The position numbers and the translations under genes were made by a program. From assembly GCA_946965045.2 (NCBI GenBank), contig OX337229.1:5952001-6016000 (forward strand): 64,000 nucleotides of DNA. Direction: 5' to 3'. Under the pieces are notes generated by a model that ran no database searches, was not told the DNA's origin, and saw only the letters and a program-made list of their open reading frames with translations. Every line of letters starts with the position of its first letter. Within the stretch, counting starts at the first letter, position 1. Shown here one piece after another: positions 20,778 to 34,136 of this stretch. Source of the DNA: Epithemia pelagica (taxonomy: Eukaryota > Protista > Bacillariophyta).

Positions 20778-23250
20778 ATGGACGTGTCTCGAGATTCGAC
20801 CATGACGCGACGTCGGCAGCGTACTACTACTACTAGTATTCCTCCATGGATCTGGGCCTTGTTCGTAGTGGCCGTATGGGCGATTGTTCCAACCAAGAAG
20901 GTGGAAGCATTTTCCCCATCTGGTTCCACGACGACGACCGTTGTGTTCCCAAGAAGGAAGAGTCTGGGAATCTTGTCGTCGTCCCTTGCACAACAACAAC
21001 AACCGGATAAAGAATCAGGGGCACTGAAAAAAGAGCTCGATGCTGCGAAAGCGCTCCTCAGTGTCGACGAGTATTCCTTGCTGGAAAAATTGATTCGAAA
21101 TCCAGACGCCGACATTGCCAATGTTATCGGCCAATGTTATCGGCGTCTGGATTTTGAATCAATTTTTCCAGCAAGGAATACTCGATAGTCGTAGCATCGA
21201 CAATGAGGGCAGCAGCAGCTGCAGCAGTGCCAGTGACGTAAATGTTCACAGCAAAGCAAACGTCGACCAACCCTTGAGTTACCAAGATTTTCTAGCCTAT
21301 GTGTTGAATGCTCTGGTGGACGACAAAAAGTGGATGAATCTGGATTCCGTTATTTTTGACAGGAGACGTTTATTTGTAGCAAAGGATTATGGGTCAGCAG
21401 AGAAACTCTTGGTGGCGGCAACCGATACGACCGTCGAAGGAGAAAGAATAATAGTGGCTTTTGAGAGCAATGAAAACAAACTAGACTTTTGCTTCTATCG
21501 AGACAAAGACGACTACACCAGGTACACCGCCGACAAGGCACTGGGCCGAATCAAGGGAAACAGGGACGAATTCAAGAAATTTTGCGAGTCGCAACTCCTA
21601 CTTATCCAAGATAGCGATAAGAACGGCGTTCTCCCCACAAGAAGGGAATACGTACAAGTTCATGGCGTCAATGAATTTGACAATCTAAACAGCAACATCC
21701 AACAAGACAAATCGTATGCGTTGGTGGTGGCCGGAGAAAGCGGCAGTGCTAAATCAGTATTTTCTTGCCTTGAATCAATGGAGCGTGGTTTTATCCCTAT
21801 ATACATGTTGCTACGCTTGCGGAAAAACAAAAGGGAGAACGAGGGAGAGGACAAGAAAGGGGACGAAGAATTCAAGAAGGAGGAGACAGGAGAAGAAAAG
21901 AACCAGATGGGGCACGATGCTTCCGAGGTCTACACCAGGAAACCAGAAAGCGAGTTTAATGGCAGGAAACCAAACATTGAGTTTCCACACATACATAAGT
22001 TTTTGCAGGGGGTCCTAAACGTTCACAAAGAAAAGAGCAGCAATCATATTGATGTCATCGATAGCTTGAAGACCAACCTCAGCGTATCACGAAACAAATG
22101 GGCGAGGGAGATTCTCAAACAAGCTTTCGAGCAATTTTGTGAAGGCGATGCAAACGCCCAGTCATGGAGCGAAGGTCGTTGGTCGAGTTATGCATTGCCA
22201 AGTAAGGTTGCACTGATTCTTGATGAGGCAACGGATATTGATCTGGTCGAGGGCTTGATTGACACTGTGAGGCAGACGTACCGCGAGATGGATGGTTTAG
22301 TTAAGGAACGTATCATTCTGGTCCTGGTGGGCACTGATTTGGATTTAATCCGTGATGGCAATCAGGTAGGAACAAACCCTGCCTATAGTAGGCTAATTCG
22401 AATGAAAGGACCAGATCTGCTGCATCTTGAAAAGACAGGCGTGATAAAACCAGAAATAAGTCGGGCAGTATCCAACGGGCTGTTCTCTCGAGTTCTCCAG
22501 AGCAACTCAAGAATGCTCTTTAGAGGGATCCTCCCCGTTCTTCGGCAAGGTTTTCACTCAGTCGACGGTGACTTTGATCCTCAAACGAAGAAAAGACGAT
22601 ACGAGGAGAGACTGAAGGCCATTGCATCGTTTGGCCCACTCATGGATTACGGGGTCAGGTTCTTTGTCACCCAGAATATTATGGGTGACTTGTCCTCGAA
22701 TAGGCGGGATGAGTTGTTGGCCGAATCCTTTGTGTATCATCTCTCGACGGCGATTGGAGCACCATTGAGAGAACACGCAGCTGTCTCGAGAATTCGACAG
22801 ATTGAGCTAGAGAAAGTGAAAAACCTTAGGAAGCCTTCAAACGAGATCTTCAAAGTGGGCCTTGCTGTCAAGTCCGGTACCTCAGCAGCTCTCAAATACA
22901 TGTCCTGTTTTGGTTTAACCTGTCCTATCCGACCTTCATTTGGCAATGAGTTGGAAGAGTTGACAGCTTTACATTACCAGCGTTTAATGGAAATTCAAGG
23001 ATATTGCCCGCGGCGTGTCACGCTACGGTATGCATGGCCACCCAAGTCCAACAAACGTGATGGCAGTATTACCGACGCGGTTATCAATGATCTGAAAGAG
23101 AAGCTAGCAAAGCAATCGGAGATGGAGCTGCCTAACCTTTCGGTCGGACAAGAAGATGGTCGGGAGTGCATTGTCTTTTCCCAAGGAACAGCTTCTGCGC
23201 AAGGTGGGGTTGTCCTTGTTCTTCCAACCCCCAGCGGTGGTAGCTTATAG
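20778..23250 (+). pseudogene. Gene A copy 1: captured plastid presequence + NTPase, frameshifted and 3'-truncated
   Basis: A 13-bp duplication CCAATGTTATCGG (21118-21143) breaks the frame after the presequence. The downstream 711-aa frame has Walker A variant GESGSAKS. Confidence 0.8.
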
Positions 23251-23362
23251 TAGGGTGTAATCCCTCGTCGTGAGCTCGTTGTTGTTGTGTCTGCAATAGG
23301 GAGACAACCATTCCATTCGAAAAGCAAAGTTCAGGTTTTGGGATAGGGTAACCTACACACTT

Positions 23363-25184
23363 CTACAGATGAGCGAATCGGGTCTTTATTTTTTCAAGGA
23401 GCGGATGCGTCCCTTCGATTCCGGCGAACCGAACGTGCAACTTCGTTTTAGATCGGAAGAAAGCAGCAGTCGATGCTGGTCCGGGAACCTCTAACTTTGT
23501 TGAATGTGGTGTTAGAAAAACAAGATAACTGAAATACTTTGTGGACTTTGACGCCGACACCAACAAGTTCTGCCATTGTTTGTAAAGCTGCGTCTCACAA
23601 ATTGGACGATCCTGGAGCAATTGGATTGTGCACCGAACAAAGTAGATGTATAGCGTAGTTTCAGTCCTTCTTGCAATGATGAAATCAATGCCTCTGTATT
23701 GTCGGTTGAAAGGGACAAAAACAAGTACCTCGATATTCGACGACCACTCGATGGTCTCGGGCACCGCTTCGTCTCCTCCAGGAACATCGAGCACCAACTT
23801 CGTTGCAGCTTCCAGGCTCACAGTCGATGGTGACGTTCTTCCTCCTCCTGGAATCTTGGTGAAAGGCAAACGAACTGTATGTTGACCACGCCATATGATG
23901 GCAAAGCAATCCTCCACAATTTGACCCCTTGCTCAGGAATCCAGTGTCACAAAATTCGGATTGTCAAGCAATTGTAGAAGATAGCGTTCGTAGTCTCCCT
24001 GTCGCAAACGCATCGTGGCGATAACCTCAGCTGCATAACCCTCACGATGTTCCGCAATAAAGAAACGACCATTGATGTCTTTGTCGACAAAGAAATAGTC
24101 CCCATCAAGAGTAGAACCAAAGAAACAGTCTCCCTCGTGTACTTTTCGGGTCGAATCGGCGGCCATCTGCAAGTAGACTTACGCTTGCTGCCTGGACGCA
24201 TCGGTTGCATTCGTGAGTAAATCCTCCGCCAAATCTTGTGCAAGGTTGGCAATCGATACTTGTACCCCTTTTAGTCTCTCTGCTGCCACCTGAAAGGGTA
24301 TCCCAGCTAGATCTGCGGCGGTGATTCCCGTTTCAGATGCGTGAGGGGCTAATAAGGCAGCCTCCGCAGGTGTGATTTTTTGCGAATAGCGAGGAAGGGA
24401 ATGAATGCGACTTCCAAAAACCGACGAGAACCTGTTGCTTGTTGATGAAGACATGATCACGATAATGCGAGAGCCGCACAAATTGCATATATCATCGACA
24501 GTTGAATCGAAGAAATCCCTTGGTTCATTCTTCATTTGGTAGCAGTGTCTTGTTATTTAATTCTGCGAACGCAATACACTCCAGTAACATGTGATAAAGA
24601 CTGACATTACGAGTCAGCTCCTTGTACCCTGAAAGCTCTGCAATCTGACAGCCTTGATAGAAGGCCCTCGCCAAGCTTATTTTCAGAGGCTCTGTTTGAG
24701 TTGGACAGGCTGGCAAGTACACGACGAGGTAATCACTATCGAAGCAGTACTTGGTGGCCAAAAAATGAAGAAAAGTCGACTTGCCAAATCCTTGTGGTCC
24801 TGTGATACCAAAGAATTGCCGTTGCGACGGTATAATCGTTGCTTCGTACTGTGAGAAGAGAGGCTGACGGATCAGCAAGCACAACTCCTCTTCCAACCGA
24901 ACTCTGTTTCGTTGCGTCCGTAGCACTTTTGGTAAAGTTGTTGGAGCAATAAGAGAGGAATCATCATTCCCATTCCGGATTGTTCGTAATTCATTTGACA
25001 CCCGTCGCCACTCCAACAAAACCTGAGCTGTTTCTGTGCTTGTTCCGCTGATGAAGTTGTCTAGTTTCTCGTTGTACTTGTCCACCAGCTGTTGCTTCTG
25101 GATCACCTCTTGAAGCGACGCCGCCGACCAGCGTTCTAGCTCAGCCAGTTTCCCTCTTACGACATCGCGTTCCGTAGTGTCCAT
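23363..25184 (-). pseudogene. Gene B copy 2, further degraded
   Basis: Shared TAA (24179-24181), an extra TGA near 23933, and an 11-bp deletion near 24540. Confidence 0.8.
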
Positions 25185-25549
25185 GGTAATTGTTCTTAAT
25201 GGGGTAGGTGTAGGGGCCCTATCCGAAGTGTCCAAATAGGTGTGCACAACAACCTGTGCAACACCATGGTCCGCGTTGTTATCGTGGTGAGATATGTGCT
25301 CTTGGGTGGAGATTCCGTCGCGCCGTATCCATGTCCGTGGGGAATTGGCGCACGCCCGTAGGTTGCGGTGCCGACGCCATACAATAGCGCAATCGCAGGA
25401 CTGGAACTGGAAAGGCGCCACGGGCATTCGGTCGGTGTCAACATTTTTTTGTATCTACCTACAAGTTTTTAGGAGTATCTGTCACACGCACAGTCAAACA
25501 GTTTTTGGTGTTGTCCCACTTTCGTTGCTAACGATCTTTCTCTTTTACC

Positions 25550-26338
25550 ATGGCCAATAACTATAACATAAATATTCCTAGCACCGTTGGGTTGGCGGAT
25601 GCGGACGCGGCTGCTATTTGTGGACCACCAGCAGCCCCTATCGTCGCCGGAACTGGTCGGAACTTGGCGGACCTTACCAATGCCATGGCCGAAACGCGCG
25701 CCCGAAAGCGCACCAAGGAGACGAACGATGGATCTGTATCAAACGCAGAGGTATCCCAATCGGTTGTTCGTGAGACGGCCGTGGCAGTTGAGCTTGCCGC
25801 AGGCGCTTACCCCAACGCCGGAGCTCCGGCTTGGGCGGCAGGGTTGATTCCAAATGTGCAAGCACTTACCGCAAATGTGCAAGCACTTACCGCAAATGAG
25901 CAAGCACTTACCGCAAATGTGCAAGCACTTGACGCAAATGTGCAAGCACTTACCGCAAATGTGCAAGCACTTACCGCAAATGAGCAAGCACTTACCGCAA
26001 CTGTGCAAGCCATGGATGCTCGCATGCGTCTCTCGACTGCCCAACGGTGGAATCATCGGAACCACGCGACGGGTGGAAATTTCCAGCAGCTTGTCAAGGT
26101 CGTTGCGAATGTGGGGCCTCCCTTACCGGGACAGGGGGCGCAGAATCCGCCCACTGCGGCGGTCGGGACTGTGTACCCGATCGCATTTGCCCCAGCAAAT
26201 GCAGATGATTTACTAAACATGACAAATGCACAAATGAGTCGATTGGCAGAATGGGCGAACGATCACTTCGGTATTGTGGCAGAAGACAACGTGAATGTGC
26301 GACGAAACAAACTTCTCCATCACTATTTGTACGAGTGA
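25550..26338 (+). CDS. Gene C copy 2: 262 aa, 8 heptad repeats
   Basis: Intact ORF; 21-bp repeat GCACTTACCGCAAATGTGCAA encoding VQALTAN. Confidence 0.75.
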   Translation: MANNYNINIPSTVGLADADAAAICGPPAAPIVAGTGRNLADLTNAMAETRARKRTKETNDGSVSNAEVSQSVVRETAVAVELAAGAYPNAGAPAWAAGLIPNVQALTANVQALTANEQALTANVQALDANVQALTANVQALTANEQALTATVQAMDARMRLSTAQRWNHRNHATGGNFQQLVKVVANVGPPLPGQGAQNPPTAAVGTVYPIAFAPANADDLLNMTNAQMSRLAEWANDHFGIVAEDNVNVRRNKLLHHYLYE

Positions 26339-27123
26339 AACAACACAGGTACCGTCCGATGAAGGGCCCTCGAGAAGGAGTTTGGTTCGAAAGGTGTTCC
26401 GGGATAGGGATTGTTTACCCAAGCGAAGCAACAGACTCTCGGACGGTTGGATCCAAGACTATGATAGTATAACTATAATAGAGTGAGAACAAAGGGCCCA
26501 CACTAGTTTTCTTCTCTCGCTTTCTAGTTGGTTTCGTTCCTCCAGGGTGTTGTGGTTCTTCTTTTGTCTCTCCCTCTCTCTGTGTCTCGGGTTGGGGGGA
26601 GGGCGCCACAATAACCGAGCTTTTGGGCGCGGACTCCCACAACAAACCCCCAAAGAACGGAGATCACTGGAACATGCGCGCGGACACACAGACACGTCTT
26701 GTGCTTCTGCATCTTTGTTTGTCCATGGATATTCCCATCAGTATATCGGATGCGGCCCTGTGATGATTATGGTAGTATCATCATGACTGCCATCAGCAGA
26801 GAGTGACATATTACAAAAGGACAAGACCCGCGCATCCAGTAACCTTGGGTTGTTCCAAAGATGGAAATCAATAAATCACGGAACCTGTGTCCCATACTGC
26901 CCCACCACGAATGACCCTCTCCCTCCCTCGTCTTGTGTGTCTGTATGTATACGGAACCCTGCCAAAATATAAAGTCCCATCACAGAGGTCGAGTCTCTCG
27001 TGAGTATCGGGTGTACCGACAGCAGTGCGGATCCAGGGCGGTGGATCCGGATAACAACCAACCACGCATTTGGCTGCTGGTGTTCTTTTCTGTTTCGTTT
27101 GGGGAATGTTGGGACTGCGCTGA

Positions 27124-27963
27124 TTATTTTGTTTGGTTGGGTGGCTCATTCCTTGTGGGTGACTGGGTCGATTCGGGGTGTTGTGGTTGTTGCTGTTGTG
27201 GTTGTTGTGGTGGTTGGGGTCGTAGGACTTGATTGTGTTGGTGTTGGACTCGATCGTATTGATCGTAGACCAAACTTTGTTGGAGTAAATTGGATAACAG
27301 GACGGACGAACAAGTCGATGGATCATAGGCTTGTTGTTGTAGTTGTTGTTGCAGTCCAATGCCTTGTTCGGCCCGACTTTTAAAGTCCATGCCTTGACGA
27401 GCCCATTCTTCTTCGGTAATGGCACCAATGGTATGCTGCGTCGGAGCCATGAGATGTTCCAGGCTCGAAGAGGAGTGTGGAGCGGCTGTACTACTACTAC
27501 TGCTGCTGTCGTCCAAAAAGGAAGAAGAAGAAGACGAAGACACTGCCGCAGAATCCATGAGAGACGAGGTGGCACCGGCAGCCAGTGCCGACGCGGTCGA
27601 CGTTGTTGTTGTTGTCAGTGGTGGATTTGCCGGTCCCAATCGTGTGACGGGCCGCGAATGTTGGTTGGCCCCACTCGGTACGGTGGATCCCAATTGTCGT
27701 CCCATGACGGGTCGCATCAAGGTGGATGTCACTTCGGCTCGGACGGCATCCAAATCCCGTAATCCCGACCGGAACTGATTTTGCATGACCGACATTTCAT
27801 TCTTGCTGGCAAATTGATCGGCCCGAGCTTGAGCGCCTTGGACCAAGCCCACCAAACGGCCCACTTGACGACCCACCCAATGGGCGGCACGGGGAATATC
27901 ACGCTTGCCGGACATGGCAAAACCAACTCCGGCCATAACTCCCAATTCCATCCACGTAAACAT
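27124..27963 (-). CDS. tatB: Mitochondrial-type TatB-like protein, copy 2
   Basis: 279 aa, near-identical to copy 1. Confidence 0.75.
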   Translation of the reverse strand: MFTWMELGVMAGVGFAMSGKRDIPRAAHWVGRQVGRLVGLVQGAQARADQFASKNEMSVMQNQFRSGLRDLDAVRAEVTSTLMRPVMGRQLGSTVPSGANQHSRPVTRLGPANPPLTTTTTSTASALAAGATSSLMDSAAVSSSSSSSFLDDSSSSSSTAAPHSSSSLEHLMAPTQHTIGAITEEEWARQGMDFKSRAEQGIGLQQQLQQQAYDPSTCSSVLLSNLLQQSLVYDQYDRVQHQHNQVLRPQPPQQPQQQQPQHPESTQSPTRNEPPNQTK

Positions 27964-28192
27964 GATGATGATACACTGTTATATAATAGAGTGTGTGCAA
28001 TGGCAAGGAGAGAATAATGATGTAGTATCAACAACAGATCTATTGGGATGATGCTGTTTTGCTCTATATTGCGATTGATGATTGGTGTGTCCCAAAGAGG
28101 TGCCCCCTTTTTGAGCGACCAATCTTAGATAAAATCGCTTTTAGGTCGCTTAAGACCCGAACTGACCTCTTGTTTTGTTTTGTGTTCAATCA

Positions 28193-28442
28193 CCAGCCGC
28201 CTTGGTCGAGTGGTTCGGGCCTTTGCTCATGTTGGTCTCGGCTCCTGGGTGTCCAGGGTTCGAGTCCGCTGTGATGAGGTGGTTGGGAGGGCTACAATAG
28301 ATGTGGGGCCCGAAAAAGCGGTTCGTCTATGTGGCCCCTTGTCACAAGCGGGCTGTCCCCCCGCTCCATGATTCCGAGTGTCATGGCGCCAGGAGTCACG
28401 TTGCGACGTGCGTGCGGCAGCTTGAAGAATAGATCTCACCCC
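28193..28442 (+). mobile_element. tRNA-derived SINE-like insertion (U2 copy)
   Basis: Same A/B boxes and flanking repeats as 20500-20750, with one mismatch in the left repeat. Confidence 0.75.
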
Positions 28443-28469
28443 TTGTTTTGTGTTCGATCATGAAGAAGA

Positions 28470-30942
28470 ATGGACGTGTCTCGAGATTCGACCATGACGC
28501 GACGTCGGCAGCGTACTACTACTACTAGTATTCCTCCATGGATCTGGGCCTTGTTCGTAGTGGCCGTATGGGCGATTGTTCCAACCAAGAAGGTGGAAGC
28601 ATTTTCCCCATCTGGTTCCACGACGACGACCGTTGTGTTCCCAAGAAGGAAGAGTCTGGGAATCTTGTCGTCGTCCCTTGCGCAACAACAACAACCGGAT
28701 AAAGAATCAGGGGCACTGAAAAAAGAGCTCGATGCTGCGAAAGCGCTCCTCAGTGTCGACGAGTATTCCTTGCTGGAAAAATTGATTCGAAATCCAGACG
28801 CCGACATTGCCAATGTTATCGGCCAATGTTATCGGCGTCTGGATTTTGAATCAATTTTTCCAGCAAGGAATACTCGATAGTCGTAGCATCGACAATGAGG
28901 GCAGCAGCAGCTGCAGCAGTGCCAGTGACGTAAATGTTCACAGCAGAGCAAACGTCGACCAACCCTTGAGTTACCAAGATTTTCTAGCCTATGTGTTGAA
29001 TGCTCTGGTGGACGACAAAAAGTGGATGAATCTGGATTCCGTTATTTTTGACAGGAGACGTTTATTTGTAGCAAAGGATTATGGGTCAGCAGAGAAACTC
29101 TTGGTGGCGGCAACCGATACGACCGTCGAAGGAGAAAGAATAATAGTGGCTTTTGAGAGCAATGAAAACAAACCAGACTTTTGCTTCTATCGAGACAAAG
29201 ACGACTACACCAGGTACACCGCCGACAAGGCACTGGGCCGAATCAAGGGAAACAGGGACGAATTCAAGAAATTTTGCGAGTCGCAACTCCTACTTATCCA
29301 AGATAGCGATAAGAATGGCGTTCTCCCCACAAGAAGGACCTACGTTCAAGTCCATGGCGTCAATTAATTTGACTATCTAGACAGCGACATTCAAAAAGAC
29401 AAATCGTATGCGTTGGTGGTGGCGGGAGAAAGCGGCAGTGGTAAATCAGTATTTTCTTGCCTTGAATCAATGGAGCGTGGTTTTATCCCTATATACATGT
29501 TGCTACGCTTGCGGAAAAACAAAAGGGAGAACGAGGGAGAGGACAAGAAAGGGGACGAAGAATTCAAGAAGGAGGAGACAGGAGAAGAAAAGAACCAGAT
29601 GGGGCACGATGCTTCCGAGGTCTACACCAGGAAACCAGAAAGCGAGTTTAATGGCAGGAAACCAAACAATGAGTTTCCACACATACATAAGTTTTTGCAG
29701 GGGGTCCTAAACGTTCACAAAGAAAAGAGCAGCAATCATATTGATGTCATCGATAGCTTGAAGACCAACCTCAGCGTATCACGAAACAAATGGGCGAGGG
29801 AGATTCTCAAACAAGCTTTCGAGCAATTTTGTGAAGGCGATGCAAACGCCCAGTCATGGAGCGAAGGTCGTTGGTCGAGTGATGCATTGCCAAGTAAGGT
29901 TGCACTGATTCTTGATGAGGCAACGGATATTGATCTGGTCGAGGGCTTGATTGACACTGTGAGGCAGACGTACCGCGAGATGGATGGTTTAGTTAAGGAA
30001 CGTATCATTCTGGTCCTGGTGGGCACTGGTTTGGATTTAATCCGTGATGGCAATCAGGTAGGAACAAACCCTGCCTATAGTAGGCTAATTCGAATGAAAG
30101 GACCAGATCTGCTGCATCTTGAAAAGACAGGCGTGATAAAACCAGAAATAAGTCGGGTAGTATCCAACGGGCTGTTCTCTCGAGTTCTCCAGACCAACTC
30201 AAGAATGCTCTTTAGAGGGATCCTCCCCGTTCTTCGACAAGGTTTTCACTCAGTCGACGGTGACTTTGATCCTCAAACGAAGAAAAGACGATACGAGGAG
30301 AGACTGAAGGCCATTGCATCGTTTGGCCCACTCATGGATTACGGGGTCAGGTTCTTTGTCACCCAGAATATTATGGGTGACTTGTCCTCGAATAGGCGGG
30401 ATGAGTTGTTGGCCGAATCCTTTGTGTATCATCTCTCGACGGCGATTGGAGCACCATTGAGAGAACACGCAGCTGTCTCGAGAATTTGACAGATTGAGCT
30501 AGAGAAAGTGAAAAACCTCAGGAAGCCTTCAAACGAGATCTTCAAAGTGGGCCTTGCTGTCAAGTCCGGTACCTCAGCAGCTCTCAAATACATGTCCTGT
30601 TTTGGTTTAACCTGTCCTATCCGACCTTCATTTGGCAATGAGTTGGAAGAGTTGACAGCTTTACATTACCAGCGTTTAATGGAAATTCAAGGATATTGCC
30701 CGCGGCGTGTCACACTACGGTATGCATGGCCACCCAAGTCCAACAAACGTGATGGCAGTATTACCGACGCGGTTATCAATGATCTGAAAGAGAAGCTAGC
30801 AAAGCAATCGGAGATGGAGCTACCTAACCTTTCGGTCGGACAAGAAGATGGTCGGGAGTGCATTGTCTTTTCCCAAGGAACAGCTACTGCGCAAGGTGGG
30901 GTTGTCCTTGTTCTTCCAACCCCCAGCGGGGGTAGCTTATAG
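28470..30942 (+). pseudogene. Gene A copy 2
   Basis: 13-bp duplication, TAA at 29365-29367, TGA at 30487-30489, 3'-truncated at the junction. Confidence 0.85.
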
Positions 30943-31044
30943 TAGGGTGTAATCCCTCGTCGTGAGCTCGTTCTGCAATAGGGAGACAACCATTCCATTC
31001 GAAAAGCAAAGTTCAGGTTTTGGGATAGGGTAACCTACACACTT

Positions 31045-32877
31045 CTACAGATGAGCGAATCGGGTCTTTATTTTTTCAAGGAGCGGATGCGTCCCTTCGA
31101 TTCCGGCGAACCGAACGTGCAACTTCGTTTTAGATCGGAAGAAAGCAGCAGTCGATGCTGGTCCGGGAACCTCTAACTTTGTTGAATGTGGTGTTAGAAA
31201 AACAAGATAACTGAAATACTTTGTGGACTTTGACGCCGACACCAACAAGTTCTGCCATTGTTTGTAAAGCTGCGTCTCACAAATTGGACGATCCTGGAGC
31301 AATTGGATTGTGCACCGAACAAAGTAGATGTATAGCGTAGTTTCAGTCCTTCTTGCAATGATGAAATCAATGCCTCTGTATTGTCGGTTGAAAGGGACAA
31401 AAACAAGTACCTCGATATTCGATGACCACTCGATGGTCTCGGGCACCGCTTCGTCTCCTCCAGGAACATCGAGCACCAACTTCGTTGCAGCTTCCAGGCT
31501 CACAGTCGATGGTGACGTTCTTCCTCCTCCTGGAATCTTGGTGAAAGGCAAACGAACTGTATGTTGACCACGCCATATGATGGCAAAGCAATCCTCCACA
31601 ATTCGACCCCTTGCTCCGGAATCCAGTGTCATAAGATTCGGGTTGTCAAACAATTGTAGAAGATAGCGTTCGTAGTCTCCCTGTCGCAAACGCATCGTGG
31701 CGATAACCTCAGCTGCATAACCCTCACGATGTTCCGCAATAAAGAAACGACCATTGATGTCTTTGTCGACAAAGAAATAGTCCCCATCAAGCGTAGAACC
31801 AAAGAAACAGTCTCCCTCGTCTACTTTTCGGGTCGAATCGGCGGCCATCTGCAAGTAGACTTAGGCTTGCTGCCTGGACGCATTGGTTGCATTCGTGAGT
31901 AAATCCTCCGCCAAATCTTGTGCAAGGTTGGCGATCGATACTTGTACCCCTTTTAGTCTCTCTGCTGCCACCTGAAAGGGTATCCCAGCTAGATCTGCGG
32001 CGGTGATTCCCGTTTCAGATGCGTGAGGGGCTAATAAGGCAGCCTCCGCAGGTGTGATTTTTTGCGAATAGCGAGGAAGGGAATGAATGCGACTTCCAAA
32101 AACCGACGAGAACCTGTTGCTTGTTGATGAAGACATGATCACGATAATGCGAGAGCCGCTCAAATTGCATATATCATCGACAGTTGAATCGAAGAAATCC
32201 CTTGGTTCATTCTTCATTTGGTCGATCACAACGAGCAGTGTCTTGTTATTTAATTCTGCGAACGCAATACACTCCAGTAACATGTCATAAAGACTGACAT
32301 TGCGAGTCAGCTCCTTGTACCCTGAAAGCTCTGCAATCCGACAGCCTTGATAGAAGGCCCTCGCCAAGCTTATTTTCAGAGGCTCTGTTTGAGTTGGACA
32401 GGCTGGCAAGTACACGACGAGGTAATCACTATCGAAGCAGTACTTGGTGGCCAAAAAATGAAGAAAAGTCGACTTGCCAAATCCTTGTGGTCCTGTGATA
32501 CCAAAGAATTGCCGTTGCGACGGTATAATCGTTGCTTCGTACTGTGAGAAGAGAGGCTGACGGATCAGCAAGCACAACTCCTCTTCCAACCGAACTCTGT
32601 TTCGTTGCGTCCGTAGCACTTTTGGTAAAGTTGTTGGAGCAATAAGAGAGGAATCATCATTCCCATTCCGGATTGTTCGTAATTCATTTGACACCCGTCG
32701 CCACTCCAACAAAACCTGAGCTGTTTCTGTGCTTGTTCCGCTGATGAAGTTGTCTAGTTTCTCGTTGTACTTGTCCACCAGCTGTTGCTTCTGGATCACC
32801 TCTTGAAGCGACGCCGCCGACCAGCGTTCTAGCTCAGCCAGTTTCCCTCTTACGACATCGCGTTCCGTAGTGTCCAT
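31045..32877 (-). pseudogene. Gene B copy 3, one in-frame stop
   Basis: Same architecture as B1; TAA at 31861-31863. Confidence 0.75.
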
Positions 32878-33347
32878 GGTAATTGTTCTTAATGGGGTAG
32901 GTGTAGGGGCCCTATCCCTATGGGACCCCAAAATGCCTTAACTTTCAAATTTTGGTGATACAGACGCGTTCTACACTATTGGTTTGAGGTCTATGACTCG
33001 GTTGACAGGTTTGAAGTGTCCAAATAGGTGTGCACAACAACCTGTGCAACACCATGGTCCGCGTTGTTATCGTGGTGAGATATGTGCTCTTGGGTGGAGA
33101 TTCCGTCGCGCCGTATCCATGTCCGTGGGGAATTGGCGCACGCCCGTAGGTTGCGGTGCCGACGCCATACAATAGCGCAATCGCAGGACTGGAAACTGGA
33201 AGAACTGGAAAGGCGCCACGGGCATTCGGTCGGTGTCAACATTTTTTTGTATCTACCTACAAGTTTTTAGGAGTATCTGTCACACGCACCGTCAAACAGT
33301 TTTTGGTGTTGTCCCACTTTCGTTGCTAACGATCTTTCTCTTTTACC

Positions 33348-34136
33348 ATGGCCAATAACTATAACATGAATATTCCTAGCACCGCTGTGTTGGCGGATGC
33401 GGAAGCGGCTGCTATTTGTGGACCACCAGCAGCCCCTATCGTCGCCGGAACTGGTCGGAACTTGGCGGACCTTACCAATGCCATGGCCGAAACGCGCGCC
33501 CGAAAGCGCACCAAGGAGACGAACGATGGATCTGTATCAAACGCAGAGGTATCCCAATCGGTTGTTCGTGAGACGGCCGTGGCAGTTGAGCTTGCCGCAG
33601 GCGCTTACCCCAACGCCGGAGCTCCGGCTTGGGCGGCAGGGTTGATTCCAAATGTGCAAGCACTTACCGCAAATGTGCAAGCACTTACCGCAAATGAGCA
33701 AGCACTTACCGCAAATGTGCAAGCACTTGACGCAAATGTGCAAGCACTTACCGCAAATGTGCAAGCACTTACCGCAAATGAGCAAGCACTTACCGCAACT
33801 GTGCAAGCCATGGATGCTCGCATGCGTCTCTCGACTGCCCAACGGTGGAATCATCGGAACCACGCGACGGGTGGAAATTTCCAGCAGCTTGTCAAGGTCG
33901 TTGCGAATGTGGGGCCTCCCTTACCGGGACAGGGGGCGCAGAATCCGCCCACTGCGGCGGTCGGGACTGTGTACCCGATCGCATTTGCCCCAGCAAATGC
34001 AGATGATTTACTAAACATGACAAATGCACAAATGAGTCGATTGGCAGAATGGGCGAACGATCACTTCGGTATTGTGGCAGAAGACAACGTGAATGTGCGA
34101 CGAAACAAACTTCTCCATCACTATTTGTACGAGTGA
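33348..34136 (+). CDS. Gene C copy 3: 262 aa, 8 heptad repeats
   Basis: Intact ORF, nearly identical to copy 2. Confidence 0.75.
   Translation: MANNYNMNIPSTAVLADAEAAAICGPPAAPIVAGTGRNLADLTNAMAETRARKRTKETNDGSVSNAEVSQSVVRETAVAVELAAGAYPNAGAPAWAAGLIPNVQALTANVQALTANEQALTANVQALDANVQALTANVQALTANEQALTATVQAMDARMRLSTAQRWNHRNHATGGNFQQLVKVVANVGPPLPGQGAQNPPTAAVGTVYPIAFAPANADDLLNMTNAQMSRLAEWANDHFGIVAEDNVNVRRNKLLHHYLYE

Noticed and set aside
25854-26021. CRISPR-like array
   Set aside because: Contiguous 21-bp units with no spacers, in frame within a eukaryotic ORF.
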